11,792 bases of DNA from the NCBI GenBank assembly GCA_040754495.1, contig JBFMCO010000070.1, positions 1 to 11,792 on the forward strand. Reading direction: 5' to 3'. The DNA is from Candidatus Micrarchaeota archaeon. GTDB taxonomy: Archaea; Micrarchaeota; Micrarchaeia; Anstonellales; Bilamarchaeaceae. Both the position numbers and the translations under genes were made by a program. The notes beneath the pieces were generated by a model. That model did not search any database, was not told where the DNA came from, and saw only the letters and a program-made list of their open reading frames with translations. Shown here one piece after another: positions 1-6,058 of the stretch (the first letter of the stretch is position 1; each line of letters starts with the position of its first letter).

Positions 1-1
1 G

Positions 2-61
2 TATGTGAAAAACCAGGGAATCCCAAGAGGCCAGACGAAGCTCGGCGCCTTCTTCAACTAG
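2..61 (+). CDS. tnpA: 3' fragment of probable IS200/IS605-family HUH (Y1) transposase TnpA; 5' part lies outside the window
   Basis: Frame 2 reads YVKNQGIPRGQTKLGAFFN* (TAG 59-61). YVKNQ fits the Y-I/V-x-x-Q helix carrying the catalytic Tyr at the TnpA C-terminus, and a perfect hairpin follows 17 nt after the stop. Only 19 codons are visible, so the family call is tentative. Confidence 0.6.
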   Translation, partial: YVKNQGIPRGQTKLGAFFN

Positions 62-78
62 GCGCGAGGGGATAGAAA

Positions 79-101
79 ACTGCCGGTCTGTGACCGGCAG
101 T
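79..101. repeat. Perfect inverted repeat (10-bp stem, 3-nt loop); candidate IS200/IS605 right-end hairpin
   Basis: ACTGCCGGTC (79-88) - TGT - GACCGGCAGT (92-101), preceded by GAAA (75-78). Confidence 0.85.
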
Positions 102-115
102 CCCGAGCGCCGAGT

Positions 116-292
116 TAAGTATTTATTGAAGGAATTTTTTGGCAATTTGCTTCCCGACAGGTATAAGAAGACCATACTGCGATTTACTCCCAACTCTTTC
201 GCTATGGTTTCCCATGTGCATTCTCTTTTGACCTTTGCCTGTTTAAGGAGGCTAATCTGTTCGTCTTTTCGAAGCGCTATATAGCTCCGCAT
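116..292 (-). pseudogene. XRE/Cro-like HTH protein gene, apparently truncated by the IS insertion after about 59 codons; not in the ORF track because its frame has no stop before the window edge
   Basis: ATG at 292 with an in-frame TGA two codons upstream. Translation MRSYIALRKDEQISLLKQAKVKRECTWETIAKELGVNRSMVFLYLSGSKLPKNSFNKYL contains the HTH-like TWETIAKELGVNRSMVFLYLSG. TATA-like TTTAAG lies 26-31 nt upstream. Confidence 0.7.
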
Positions 293-317
293 GTGTCAGT
301 CGAAGCAAATGGGATGT

Positions 318-323
318 CTTAAA
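318..323 (-). promoter_or_regulatory. Putative TATA box for the HTH gene (leaderless spacing)
   Basis: Minus-strand TTTAAG 26-31 nt upstream of ATG 292. Confidence 0.5.
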
Positions 324-359
324 CGTTATCCTAATCTGGCCAGGATTATCCACAGAAAA

Positions 360-1013
360 TTAGAAAACGCCCGCAAGCTCGCTGAGGAACGCCTTTGGGT
401 CCGGCGCCCTGACGAACGCGCTGGCAAGGAGCACCCCCTGCGCGCCGAGCTCCAGGGCCTTCTTCACGTCGTCCTTGCTGCTCACCCCGGCCCCGCAGAG
501 CACTGTTATCCTGTGGTTTATCTCCTTGATTGCCTTGACCGAGTTTATCACGATCTCCGGTTTCGCAGTCGAGACGCTCACGCCGCTTCCTATCAGCTCG
601 GGCGGCTCCACCGCGACGTAGGTGGGCGTATAAGCGGCAATGGACGCGGCCTCCCCCGTCGTCGCCGCGCACACGATGCTCTCGAGGCCATGGACGTGGA
701 GGCTCTCTATCGTCGCCTTCAGCTTCTCGGCGTTCCCTATCTTCCTCTCGGAGTGATTCACAATCGAGCCCCGAACCTTCGCGGCTTTCAGCAGCTCCGC
801 GGGTATCGAGCCGGTGTATGCTCCTGCAGGCTCCGCGTCCGCGTGCTGGGCAAAAACGTCCGAGAACCTCTCGGCCGCCTCGTGCAGGAAAAGCGCGGGC
901 GGGCAGATGCCGATTTTCAGGCCGGTCTCGTCGACGACCTCCTTCGCCACGTCCGTGAAAAAGAGCGCCTTCTGTATGCTTTCGGGGTATGTCTTGAGGT
1001 TCAGCACTATCAT
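360..1013 (-). CDS. tpiA: Triosephosphate isomerase, archaeal type (217 aa)
   Basis: NLKTY (catalytic Lys), NHSE (catalytic His), VAVEPPELIG (catalytic Glu, archaeal signature), CGAGV and GVLLASAFV motifs. Confidence 0.97.
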   Translation of the reverse strand: MIVLNLKTYPESIQKALFFTDVAKEVVDETGLKIGICPPALFLHEAAERFSDVFAQHADAEPAGAYTGSIPAELLKAAKVRGSIVNHSERKIGNAEKLKATIESLHVHGLESIVCAATTGEAASIAAYTPTYVAVEPPELIGSGVSVSTAKPEIVINSVKAIKEINHRITVLCGAGVSSKDDVKKALELGAQGVLLASAFVRAPDPKAFLSELAGVF

Positions 1014-1036
1014 GACTGGCTATTGATGGACAAATG

Positions 1037-1045
1037 TTTAATATA
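1037..1045 (-). promoter_or_regulatory. Putative TATA box for tpiA (leaderless)
   Basis: Minus-strand TATATTAAA 24-32 nt upstream of ATG 1013; no Shine-Dalgarno sequence. Confidence 0.6.
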
Positions 1046-1071
1046 TGACGGGCGCGCGCAGGGTACAAAAT

Positions 1072-1124
1072 AAGAAAAACGCCGACGCAGGGAACTGCGG
1101 TTCCCTTCACGCCGAATTTTTCTT
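1072..1124. terminator. Palindromic element: GC hairpin flanked by A- and T-tracts; possible terminator downstream of the tRNA
   Basis: AAGAAAAA (1072-1079) / TTTTTCTT (1117-1124) outer inverted repeat and AGGGAAC-TGCG-GTTCCCT (1089-1106) inner hairpin. Confidence 0.45.
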
Positions 1125-1166
1125 GAGGCCAAACCCAAAACCCAAAGCAAAACAAATGAAAAAATT

Positions 1167-1283
1167 CGCCGACGCCAGGATTTGAACCTGGAATCCCAAG
1201 GGGATCGGTTGTCTCGTTAATCCCGGTTCGAGATTCGTCAACCATATGGTTTCCGACGCACTACCGGGTTATGCGACGTCGGC
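1167..1283 (-). tRNA. tRNA-Ser(CGA) with two introns: 19 nt at position 30/31 (1234-1252) and 16 nt at 37/38 (1211-1226); anticodon 1228-1230; CCA not encoded
   Basis: Acceptor GCCGACG/CGTCGGC with G73. D-stem GCAT/GTGC. Spliced anticodon arm TCGGT-CTCGAAA-ACCGA. Long variable arm TCCC-CTT-GGGA. T-arm CCAGG-TTCAAAT-CCTGG. A15-U48 Levitt pair. Both introns have BHB or BHL geometry that places the cuts exactly where a perfect cloverleaf results. The mature body is 82 nt plus CCA. Confidence 0.93.
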
Positions 1284-1322
1284 TAAGGAAAGCAATTTCT
1301 CGATGGTGCCAACTGTTTTTAT

Positions 1323-1946
1323 TCATTCCGAGAACTCATCCGCTTCGTAGGTCAGGAACTCCATCCCTGCAGTGTCCTTCCACTCGTCCGGCCTGAGCCC
1401 TGCCTTGGCGCACAGCGAATCCAGAAAATGCCTCTTGTCCGGAATCTGCTCCCATACCGCGGGAAGGTACGTGGCCCTGTTCCACCCCTTTCTTATTATG
1501 AGTCCATGCTTATGCGTAAGCCGCTCGAGGAGGTCGTCAGCGTCCTTCACCATGAGGGGGGCGGGCCTTGTCAGCACGGATATGGAGAACCGGACGGCCC
1601 CGAGATCATCCCTCCTCAGCGGATGGAACCTCGGGTCCTCGAAAGCCGAGCAGAGCGCGTTCTCGAGGACGTCGAAGACGAGCGGCCTGTGGGCCTCCAG
1701 CGTGCCGATGCAGCCGCGGAGGTGGCCGAGCTCATGGAGCGTAACGAAGCTCGCGCCGTTTTCGGTAAGCCGCTGCGAAGGGACCTCGCCGGGCTCTATT
1801 TCAAGCTTCTGCCCCCGCTCCAGGAAATAGCCGACGGACTGCCGCGCTATATTGAGCAGGTACGCCTTATCGACCGGGCTGAGCCTTTCCGTGGCGTTCG
1901 CCTCTGCCTTTGGCTCGCCGTTCAGCCTGTGCCCGTTTGCCCGCAA
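1323..1946 (-). CDS. amrA: AmmeMemoRadiSam system protein A (AMMECR1 domain); start probably TTG 1946 (alternative ATG 1967), not 2063
   Basis: ASFVTLHELGHLRGCIG (LRGCIG hallmark), SAFEDPRF, ISVLT, HGLII, ATYLPAVWEQ and LCAKAGL motifs. TTG sits 1 nt after the amrB stop, the same TGA-C-start junction as amrS/amrB. Confidence 0.92.
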   Translation of the reverse strand: MRANGHRLNGEPKAEANATERLSPVDKAYLLNIARQSVGYFLERGQKLEIEPGEVPSQRLTENGASFVTLHELGHLRGCIGTLEAHRPLVFDVLENALCSAFEDPRFHPLRRDDLGAVRFSISVLTRPAPLMVKDADDLLERLTHKHGLIIRKGWNRATYLPAVWEQIPDKRHFLDSLCAKAGLRPDEWKDTAGMEFLTYEADEFSE

Positions 1947-1947
1947 G

Positions 1948-2721
1948 TCACTCGCTGTAGAACGCATAGCACCCATAGCCAACCACCTGGTCCTTCGGCC
2001 CTGCCGTGTCGCCTGAATTCCGATAATCGAGGAACCTCCCCTTCCAGCCTTTCGATTTCGCAAGATGCATGAGGGCGAGAATCGCGCGCTTTCCGCACGC
2101 CTCCCCCTCCTTCCCGAATCGCCCGATGTCGAGTGCAGGCACGGCCTCGTTCGCGGTACGGTCCAGTTTTCTCGCCTGCGCGTAGCTGTAAAAATGGCTG
2201 AGGTCGGAGCTCGCTATAACCACGGTGCGGTCATCCAGCTCGTCCACGATGCGCCCGGCAAGGCTGGACGGCTCGACTTCGCCGCATAGCAGGGGCCACA
2301 CCTCGAAATCATCCCTTGCCACGGTCTGCAGGAACGGAAGCTGGACCTCGAGGCAGTGCTCCGGGCCGTGCGCAGGGGGGAAGACGCAAATCATCCCGCC
2401 GCTTGAGCTGATGGCCTTCACCCGCCCGAGCGGGGTCTCCCAGAACATGTGCCCCGACTCGCATGCGCCGGGGAAAACGGCATAATGGGACGGGCCCATG
2501 ATTACTGCCCTGCGAAAGCCTGAAGCCGAGAGCGCCTTGTATCCATAAGCCGCAGTCGCACCGGAATATACATAGCCAGCGTGCGGGACCACGAGGCCGC
2601 GGAGTTTCCCGGGAATCTCCACGACCGCGGCTTCCGCAATGAAGCCGGCTATCATGGCCCTGAGCTTTCCAGGCTCGCCAGGATAGAAACTGCCGGCGAC
2701 CGCAGGGCTTCTCACGTCCAT
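1948..2721 (-). CDS. amrB: AmmeMemoRadiSam system protein B (MEMO1 family, 257 aa)
   Basis: RSPAVAGSFYP, VPHAGYVYSG, GPSH, EHCLEVQLPFL, IASSDLSH, ACG, YRNSGD and VVGY motifs. Confidence 0.95.
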   Translation of the reverse strand: MDVRSPAVAGSFYPGEPGKLRAMIAGFIAEAAVVEIPGKLRGLVVPHAGYVYSGATAAYGYKALSASGFRRAVIMGPSHYAVFPGACESGHMFWETPLGRVKAISSSGGMICVFPPAHGPEHCLEVQLPFLQTVARDDFEVWPLLCGEVEPSSLAGRIVDELDDRTVVIASSDLSHFYSYAQARKLDRTANEAVPALDIGRFGKEGEACGKRAILALMHLAKSKGWKGRFLDYRNSGDTAGPKDQVVGYGCYAFYSE

Positions 2722-2722
2722 G

Positions 2723-3781
2723 TCAGTCCCACACCCCTTTGATTGTCGCCTTGCAGTGCCTGCACTTCCCTTTCACGATGTCGTTCCTTGTGATGCTGAA
2801 GACGCGCCTCGATACGAGCTCCTTGCCGCATTTGGGGCAGAAGGTGCTCTCGTATTCCGAGTAGCTGGCCGGCACGTTCCCGCAATAAACGTGCTTCAGC
2901 CCCGCCATCAGGCCTATCTCTCGCGCCTTGAGGAGCGTTTCCGGGGGCGTCGGCTCCTTGTCGAGCATCTTGTAGTCGGGATGGAACGCGGTCACGTGCC
3001 ATGGCATCTCCGGGTCCACGCCGCGCAGGAACTCCGCGATTCCCCTCATCTCCGGTTCCAAGTCGTTCCAGTCCGGTATGAACAGAGTCGTCACTTCCAC
3101 CCAGATTCCGAGCTTCTTCGCGTATTCTATCGAGCGCTTCACGGGCTCGTAGCCCGGGGCCTTGCAGAGCTCCGTGTAGAATTTGTTGTTGTAGGCCTTG
3201 AGGTCGATGTTCGCGGCGTCTATGTTCCCTTTCAGCGCGTCCCAGCATTCTTTTGACTCATAGCCGTTCGTGACATAAACGCCCTTCAGCCCCTTTTCTC
3301 TTGCAAGCTCCATTATGTCGAGCGCGTATTCGGTGAAGATGGTCGGCTCGTTGTACGTGAAGGCGATGGAGCGGCATCCGGTGCGCAGGGCCTCGGCCAC
3401 CACCCGCTCCGGCGGCCACTCCTCGACCGAGCGGACAAGGTTGTCGAAATAGGCGCGCCACCCCTTCGGGTCCTTCTCCTTGGCCTCGTGCGGCGCCTGG
3501 CTGATGTCCCAGTTCTGGCAGAAGGTGCATGCGAAATTGCACCCGAAGGTCCCTATGGAGAATATCCTCGTGCCGGGGAGGAAGTGGAACATCGGCTTCT
3601 TCTCGACCGGGTCGATCTGCACCGCGCACGGCCGCGAATGGACCGTAAGCCTGAGCTTCCCGGAGTCGTTGACGCGCACGCCGCAGTATCCTGCCTGCCC
3701 GTCGCCTATCCTGCAGTACCTTGCGCACGCCAGGCACAGCACGGCCCCTCCGGGCAGCGGCCTTGCAAGCAACGCATCCAT
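2723..3781 (-). CDS. amrS: AmmeMemoRadiSam system radical SAM enzyme (352 aa)
   Basis: N-terminal CLACARYC...YCGVR, DPVEKKPMFHF, GCNFACTFCQNWDISQ (CxxxCxxC), IAFTYNEPTI, NIDLK, WHVTAFHPDY and C-terminal CPKC/CRHC zinc ribbons; adjacent to Memo and AMMECR1 genes. Confidence 0.96.
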   Translation of the reverse strand: MDALLARPLPGGAVLCLACARYCRIGDGQAGYCGVRVNDSGKLRLTVHSRPCAVQIDPVEKKPMFHFLPGTRIFSIGTFGCNFACTFCQNWDISQAPHEAKEKDPKGWRAYFDNLVRSVEEWPPERVVAEALRTGCRSIAFTYNEPTIFTEYALDIMELAREKGLKGVYVTNGYESKECWDALKGNIDAANIDLKAYNNKFYTELCKAPGYEPVKRSIEYAKKLGIWVEVTTLFIPDWNDLEPEMRGIAEFLRGVDPEMPWHVTAFHPDYKMLDKEPTPPETLLKAREIGLMAGLKHVYCGNVPASYSEYESTFCPKCGKELVSRRVFSITRNDIVKGKCRHCKATIKGVWD

Positions 3782-3804
3782 GAATTTTTTTTCACATCAG
3801 CCGC

Positions 3805-3837
3805 ATTTAAGCTTTGCCATCAGCGGTGAGTATAAAT
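3805..3837. promoter_or_regulatory. Back-to-back divergent promoters for amrS (minus) and pdxS (plus)
   Basis: Minus-strand CTTAAAT (3805-3811) 24-30 nt upstream of amrS ATG 3781; plus-strand TATAAAT (3831-3837) about 35-40 nt upstream of pdxS ATG 3871. Confidence 0.55.
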
Positions 3838-3870
3838 CCTTTTCCAGCGAATCACTATCAGGCGATTTCT

Positions 3871-4758
3871 ATGAAGAAGGGAACGTTCACGGTAAAATCC
3901 GGGCTCGCGCAGATGCTGAAAGGCGGCGTCATCATGGACGTCACGAACGCGGAGCAGGCGCGGATAGCGGAGAAGGCGGGCGCGGTGGCGGTCATGGCCC
4001 TCGAGCGCGTCCCGGCCGACATACGCGCCCAGGGCGGGGTCGCAAGGATGTCGGACCCGCTGAAGATAAAGGAGATACGGGCCGCGGTCACGATACCGGT
4101 CATGGCCAAATGCAGGATAGGGCATTTCGTGGAGGCGCAGGTCCTGGAGTCCCTCGGCGTGGATTTCATAGACGAGAGCGAGGTCCTGACACCCGCGGAC
4201 GACGAGTTCCACGTGGACAAGAGGGGGTTCAGGGTGCCGTTCGTGTGCGGCGCGCGGAACCTGGGCGAGGCGCTCCGCAGGATAAACGAGGGCGCAGCCA
4301 TGATACGGAGCAAGGGCGAGGCGGGGACGGGCAACATAGTCGAGGCCGTCCGGCACATCCGCGCTATCAATTCGGGCATCTCCGAGCTGGTCCAGCTCTC
4401 GAAAAAGAAGGACGCGAAGAAGCTTGCGGAGCTCTCGTCCGAATACCGGGTGCCCAGGGAGCTTCTGGAACAGACTGCAAGGCTCGGCCGCCTTCCGCTG
4501 GTGAACTTCGCGGCCGGCGGAATCGCCACCCCGGCTGATGCGGCGCTGTGCATGCAGCTCGGAGTGGACGGCGTGTTCGTGGGCTCCGGGATTTTCAAGA
4601 GCGCGGACCCGGCAAGGCGGGCAAAGGCGATAGTGGACGCGGTCGCCCATTTCCAGGACGCGAAGAAAATCTCCGAGGCGAGCGAGGGCATCGGCGAGGC
4701 CATGCGGGGGCTCGAAATCGCCGGCCTGGAGACCAGGCTTGCCGAGCGCGGCGTGTGA
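3871..4758 (+). CDS. pdxS: Pyridoxal 5'-phosphate synthase lyase subunit PdxS (295 aa; start ATG 3871)
   Basis: [94 protein letters not shown] and [11 protein letters not shown] motifs. Confidence 0.98.
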   Translation: MKKGTFTVKSGLAQMLKGGVIMDVTNAEQARIAEKAGAVAVMALERVPADIRAQGGVARMSDPLKIKEIRAAVTIPVMAKCRIGHFVEAQVLESLGVDFIDESEVLTPADDEFHVDKRGFRVPFVCGARNLGEALRRINEGAAMIRSKGEAGTGNIVEAVRHIRAINSGISELVQLSKKKDAKKLAELSSEYRVPRELLEQTARLGRLPLVNFAAGGIATPADAALCMQLGVDGVFVGSGIFKSADPARRAKAIVDAVAHFQDAKKISEASEGIGEAMRGLEIAGLETRLAERGV

Positions 4759-4759
4759 G

Positions 4760-4794
4760 TTTTGGGTTTTGTGTTTTGGGTGCGGGGTTTTGCG
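4760..4794 (+). repeat. Degenerate 7-nt tandem repeat (5 units, consensus TTTTGGG) filling the pdxS-pdxT spacer
   Basis: TTTTGGG TTTTGTG TTTTGGG TGCGGGG TTTTGCG, immediately followed by the pdxT ATG. Confidence 0.7.
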
Positions 4795-5379
4795 ATGAAA
4801 GTCGGCGTGCTTGCCTTCCAGGGCGATGTCATCGAGCACATCGGTGCCACGGAGGCTGCGGCGGCGAAGCTGAAGCTGCAATGCAGCGTTTGCGGGGTGC
4901 GGACGGCAAAGGGCCTGGAAGGGCTCGATGCGCTCATCATCCCCGGCGGGGAGAGCACGACCATGTACAAATTGTGCGCGCGCGAGGGAATGCTCGATAA
5001 GATGCGCGGCATCCGGGCGCTCTTCGGGACCTGCGCCGGGGCAATCATGCTCGCCAGGATAATACACAACGAGGAAAAGGGGCAGGGGACGCTCGGCCTC
5101 ATGGATATCGTCGTGGACCGGAACGCCTACGGGTGCCAGGCGGAATCTTTCGAGGAGGACATCGGCACAGCGCTTGGGAAGGTGCATGCGGTCTTCATCC
5201 GCGCCCCCAGGATAAGGAGCGTCGGCGAAGGCGTTGAGGTGCTCGCATCGCGCGGGCGCGAAATTCTCGCGTGCGAGCAGAAGAGCGGCGACAAATACTA
5301 TATGGCGGCCTGCTTCCACCCTGAGCTGACAACGAGCGTTTTCCACGAGCGCCTGCTGGTGGCCGTGAGGCGGGCTTAA
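4795..5379 (+). CDS. pdxT: Pyridoxal 5'-phosphate synthase glutaminase subunit PdxT (194 aa; start ATG 4795)
   Basis: VGVLAFQG, IIPGGESTT, GTCAG (catalytic Cys), RNAYGCQAESF, FIRAP and FHPELT (His-Glu) motifs; directly follows pdxS. Confidence 0.97.
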   Translation: MKVGVLAFQGDVIEHIGATEAAAAKLKLQCSVCGVRTAKGLEGLDALIIPGGESTTMYKLCAREGMLDKMRGIRALFGTCAGAIMLARIIHNEEKGQGTLGLMDIVVDRNAYGCQAESFEEDIGTALGKVHAVFIRAPRIRSVGEGVEVLASRGREILACEQKSGDKYYMAACFHPELTTSVFHERLLVAVRRA

Positions 5380-5444
5380 AAACTTAACTCCCCATATACC
5401 CGTAAGTCTAATTAGCCGTTCCATACCGGTTAAAGGTGATATTT

Positions 5445-5978
5445 ATGGGAATCAGACCCGGAAGGGCAATAAGGGATGCGGACAAGGTCGCATGGACCAG
5501 GTTTTCCAGGAGCAAGCCGCGCAAGTCGTTCATAAAGGCGATGCCGCACGCTGACCTCCACCAGTTCCGCATGGGCGCCATGAAGCCGGATTTCGACTGC
5601 GTCATGAGCCTGCGGGCCGACGAGCCGGTCATCCTGCGCGACAACGCGATAGAGAGCGCAAGGCAGAGCTCGAACAAGCACCTCGAGAAGGTCGCGCTCG
5701 GGAACTTCTATTTCACGGTCCGCGTATACCCCCACCACATCATAAGGGAGAACAAGATGATTGCGGGGGCAGGCGCAGACCGTCTCCAGAAGGGCATGCG
5801 CAGGGCGTTCGGAAGGCCGACCGACCGCGCAGCGAGGCTGAAAGCCGGCACGGACCTCTTCACGGTCCACACCTACAAGGCCAATGCCGCCCATGCGAGG
5901 ACCGCGCTCGTGCGGGCCCAGCGCAAACTGTCAGGAAAGTTCCGGATTGTGGACGAGCTGCCGTCCAAAGCCTCCTAA
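5445..5978 (+). CDS. rpl10e: 50S ribosomal protein uL16 (L10e), 177 aa; start ATG 5445
   Basis: MGIRPGR N-terminus, IESARQ and YPHHIIRENKMIAGAGADRLQKGMRRAFGRP motifs; SD AGGTGA at 5434-5439. Confidence 0.95.
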   Translation: MGIRPGRAIRDADKVAWTRFSRSKPRKSFIKAMPHADLHQFRMGAMKPDFDCVMSLRADEPVILRDNAIESARQSSNKHLEKVALGNFYFTVRVYPHHIIRENKMIAGAGADRLQKGMRRAFGRPTDRAARLKAGTDLFTVHTYKANAAHARTALVRAQRKLSGKFRIVDELPSKAS

Positions 5979-6011
5979 TTTTCGCCTTTTGTGTTTGGTT
6001 GTGGTCATACC

Positions 6012-6053
6012 TTTATAAATTTATCCCATCATAAATATCTCCGGGAGAGGTGA
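6012..6053 (+). promoter_or_regulatory. TATA box and Shine-Dalgarno for the coiled-coil gene
   Basis: TTTATAAAT at 6012-6020; GAGGTGA at 6047-6053, 5 nt before in-frame TTG 6059. Confidence 0.65.
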
Positions 6054-6058
6054 GGGTC

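Larger units (their letters stand above)
1..118 (+). mobile_element. Right end of probable IS200-like (tnpA-only at this end) insertion sequence; exact end uncertain (about 112-126)
   Basis: TnpA-like C-terminus, then a subterminal hairpin (79-101), then an abrupt GC-rich to AT-rich switch near 115 where an unrelated HTH reading frame on the minus strand degenerates. Confidence 0.55.

Noticed and set aside
90-284. 64-aa plus-strand ORF in the track
   Set aside because: Antisense shadow of the minus-strand HTH gene, which has a recognisable fold and a promoter; it starts inside the IS hairpin.
291-1245. Long ORFs 291..1073 (+) and 346..1245 (-)
   Set aside because: Arg/Gly-rich shadow frames of tpiA; the second runs through the tRNA.
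1234-1252. Alternative anticodons CAT (Met) or TGA (Ser) within this segment, or a single long intron
   Set aside because: Neither gives a 5-bp stem with a 7-nt loop and U33. Only removal of both BHB-defined introns gives a canonical arm, and G73 plus the long variable arm fit Ser.
1947-2063. ORF-track start of amrA at 2063
   Set aside because: It would overlap the conserved amrB C-terminus by 116 bp with non-homologous sequence; TTG 1946 or ATG 1967 fits better.
3428-3484. Charged stretch AKEKDPKGWRAYFDNLVRS after the radical-SAM motif in AmrS, a possible insertion
   Set aside because: No intein or intron features; without an alignment it cannot be told apart from normal loop-length variation.
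3820-5424. 534-aa and 414-aa antisense ORFs over pdxS-pdxT, and other frame-shifted ORFs at 2712-4538
   Set aside because: Expected shadows of high-GC3 genes (few stops in alternate frames), with no motifs and no expression signals.
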